A DNA stretch of 63,953 bases, the filler included, from Octopus bimaculoides (lineage: Eukaryota), in the NCBI RefSeq assembly GCF_001194135.2. It is 5 parts of 5 records of this genome, joined end to end, with 100 filler letters (N's around TTAATTAATTAA, not from the genome) between each part and the next. Parts side by side here need not be neighbours in the genome. Positions count along the whole stretch, not along the records: positions 62,862 to 63,953 come from NC_068986.1; 4 more parts are not named here. The stretch is one strand, 5' to 3'. Both the position numbers and the translations under genes were made by a program. The notes under the pieces were generated by a model. That model searched no databases, was not told where the DNA came from, and saw only the letters and a program-made list of their open reading frames with translations. Below are positions 63,548-63,953 of the stretch, piece after piece (the first letter of the stretch is position 1; the number at the start of each line of letters is the position of its first letter).

Positions 63548-63953
63548 GGGCCACATTTTTCATTAATGTAGTGTTTTTGGTACGGAAAGACTTTCAAACT
63601 TCGTATACTTATCTATTTTGTGTTATAGAACAGAAAAATATTTTTGCATTCGAATTTATTTCATATAAAAAATTGTCTTATTTCGATAATTTCAACCAAT
63701 CACTGACAAGTATTCAGTTGTTTATATTTACTCCTTTGGCTGATTAAGCGATGTAAAGCGTATTTAATCTCCATACCTTCGTTTTATTTGCTTTTTTCAT
63801 TTTAAATTTGCTTTAACCCTAACCCTGACCCTAGGTTTAGGGTTAGGGTTAATTGTTTCAGAATCGTTTGTTTATGTAGTCGGCACTTAATGTATATCGG
63901 CTGAATGGACGTCAGTGATTGGTTGAAATTACAGAAATACGACAACTTTAACA
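63548..63953. mobile_element. long-TIR non-autonomous element, right arm running off the window
   Basis: ttgtcttatttcgataatttcaaccaatcactgac (63672-63706) is inverted at 63898-63953; the left arm is also present at 20290-20475. Confidence 0.8.
63813..63852. repeat. 40-bp palindrome of telomere-like (CCCTAA)/(TTAGGG) repeats
   Basis: ttaaccctaaccctgacc-ctag-gtttagggttagggttaa; two mismatched pairs. Confidence 0.9.

Noticed and set aside
63813-63852. Telomere end-to-end fusion scar
   Set aside because: The order is CCCTAA then TTAGGG, the reverse of a fusion junction, and only about six repeats are present.
1-63953. CRISPR array, rRNA genes or a prokaryotic operon
   Set aside because: There is no repeat-spacer array, no rRNA-like sequence and no dense long ORFs; the sequence is eukaryotic and repeat-rich.

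Overview
AT-rich, repeat-saturated animal genomic DNA. The SINE families, microsatellites and transposon set look like an octopus/cephalopod draft assembly; this is pattern recognition, not a database match. I can recognise no host protein-coding gene and no intact rRNA or tRNA gene. Most computed ORFs are microsatellite, N-gap or SINE artefacts. The window is a graveyard of decayed mobile elements. It holds at least five tRNA-headed or related SINE families. It also holds non-LTR fragments (RTE, Tx1/L1-like, R4/Dong-like and Hero-like restriction-endonuclease types) and two Penelope GIY-YIG fragments. DNA transposon remnants (MULE, Tigger/pogo, Tc1, mariner), several MITE-like inverted-repeat elements and many N gaps make up the rest, four of the gaps carrying a 12-nt six-frame-stop spacer. 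The most interesting signals are RNA-structural. (1) A near-canonical type I hammerhead ribozyme fold lies on the minus strand at 52651-52713, inside a ~580-bp element with ~115-bp terminal inverted repeats. (2) At 39962-40445 (minus), a Penelope ORF end runs into a tRNA-like A/B-box head and a decayed minimal hammerhead. Also notable: a 40-bp palindrome of TTAGGG repeats, a CpG-rich 14-bp minisatellite, and an apparent change from CpG-decayed to CpG-retaining DNA near 45 kb. Element boundaries are approximate unless a TIR or TSD is quoted.
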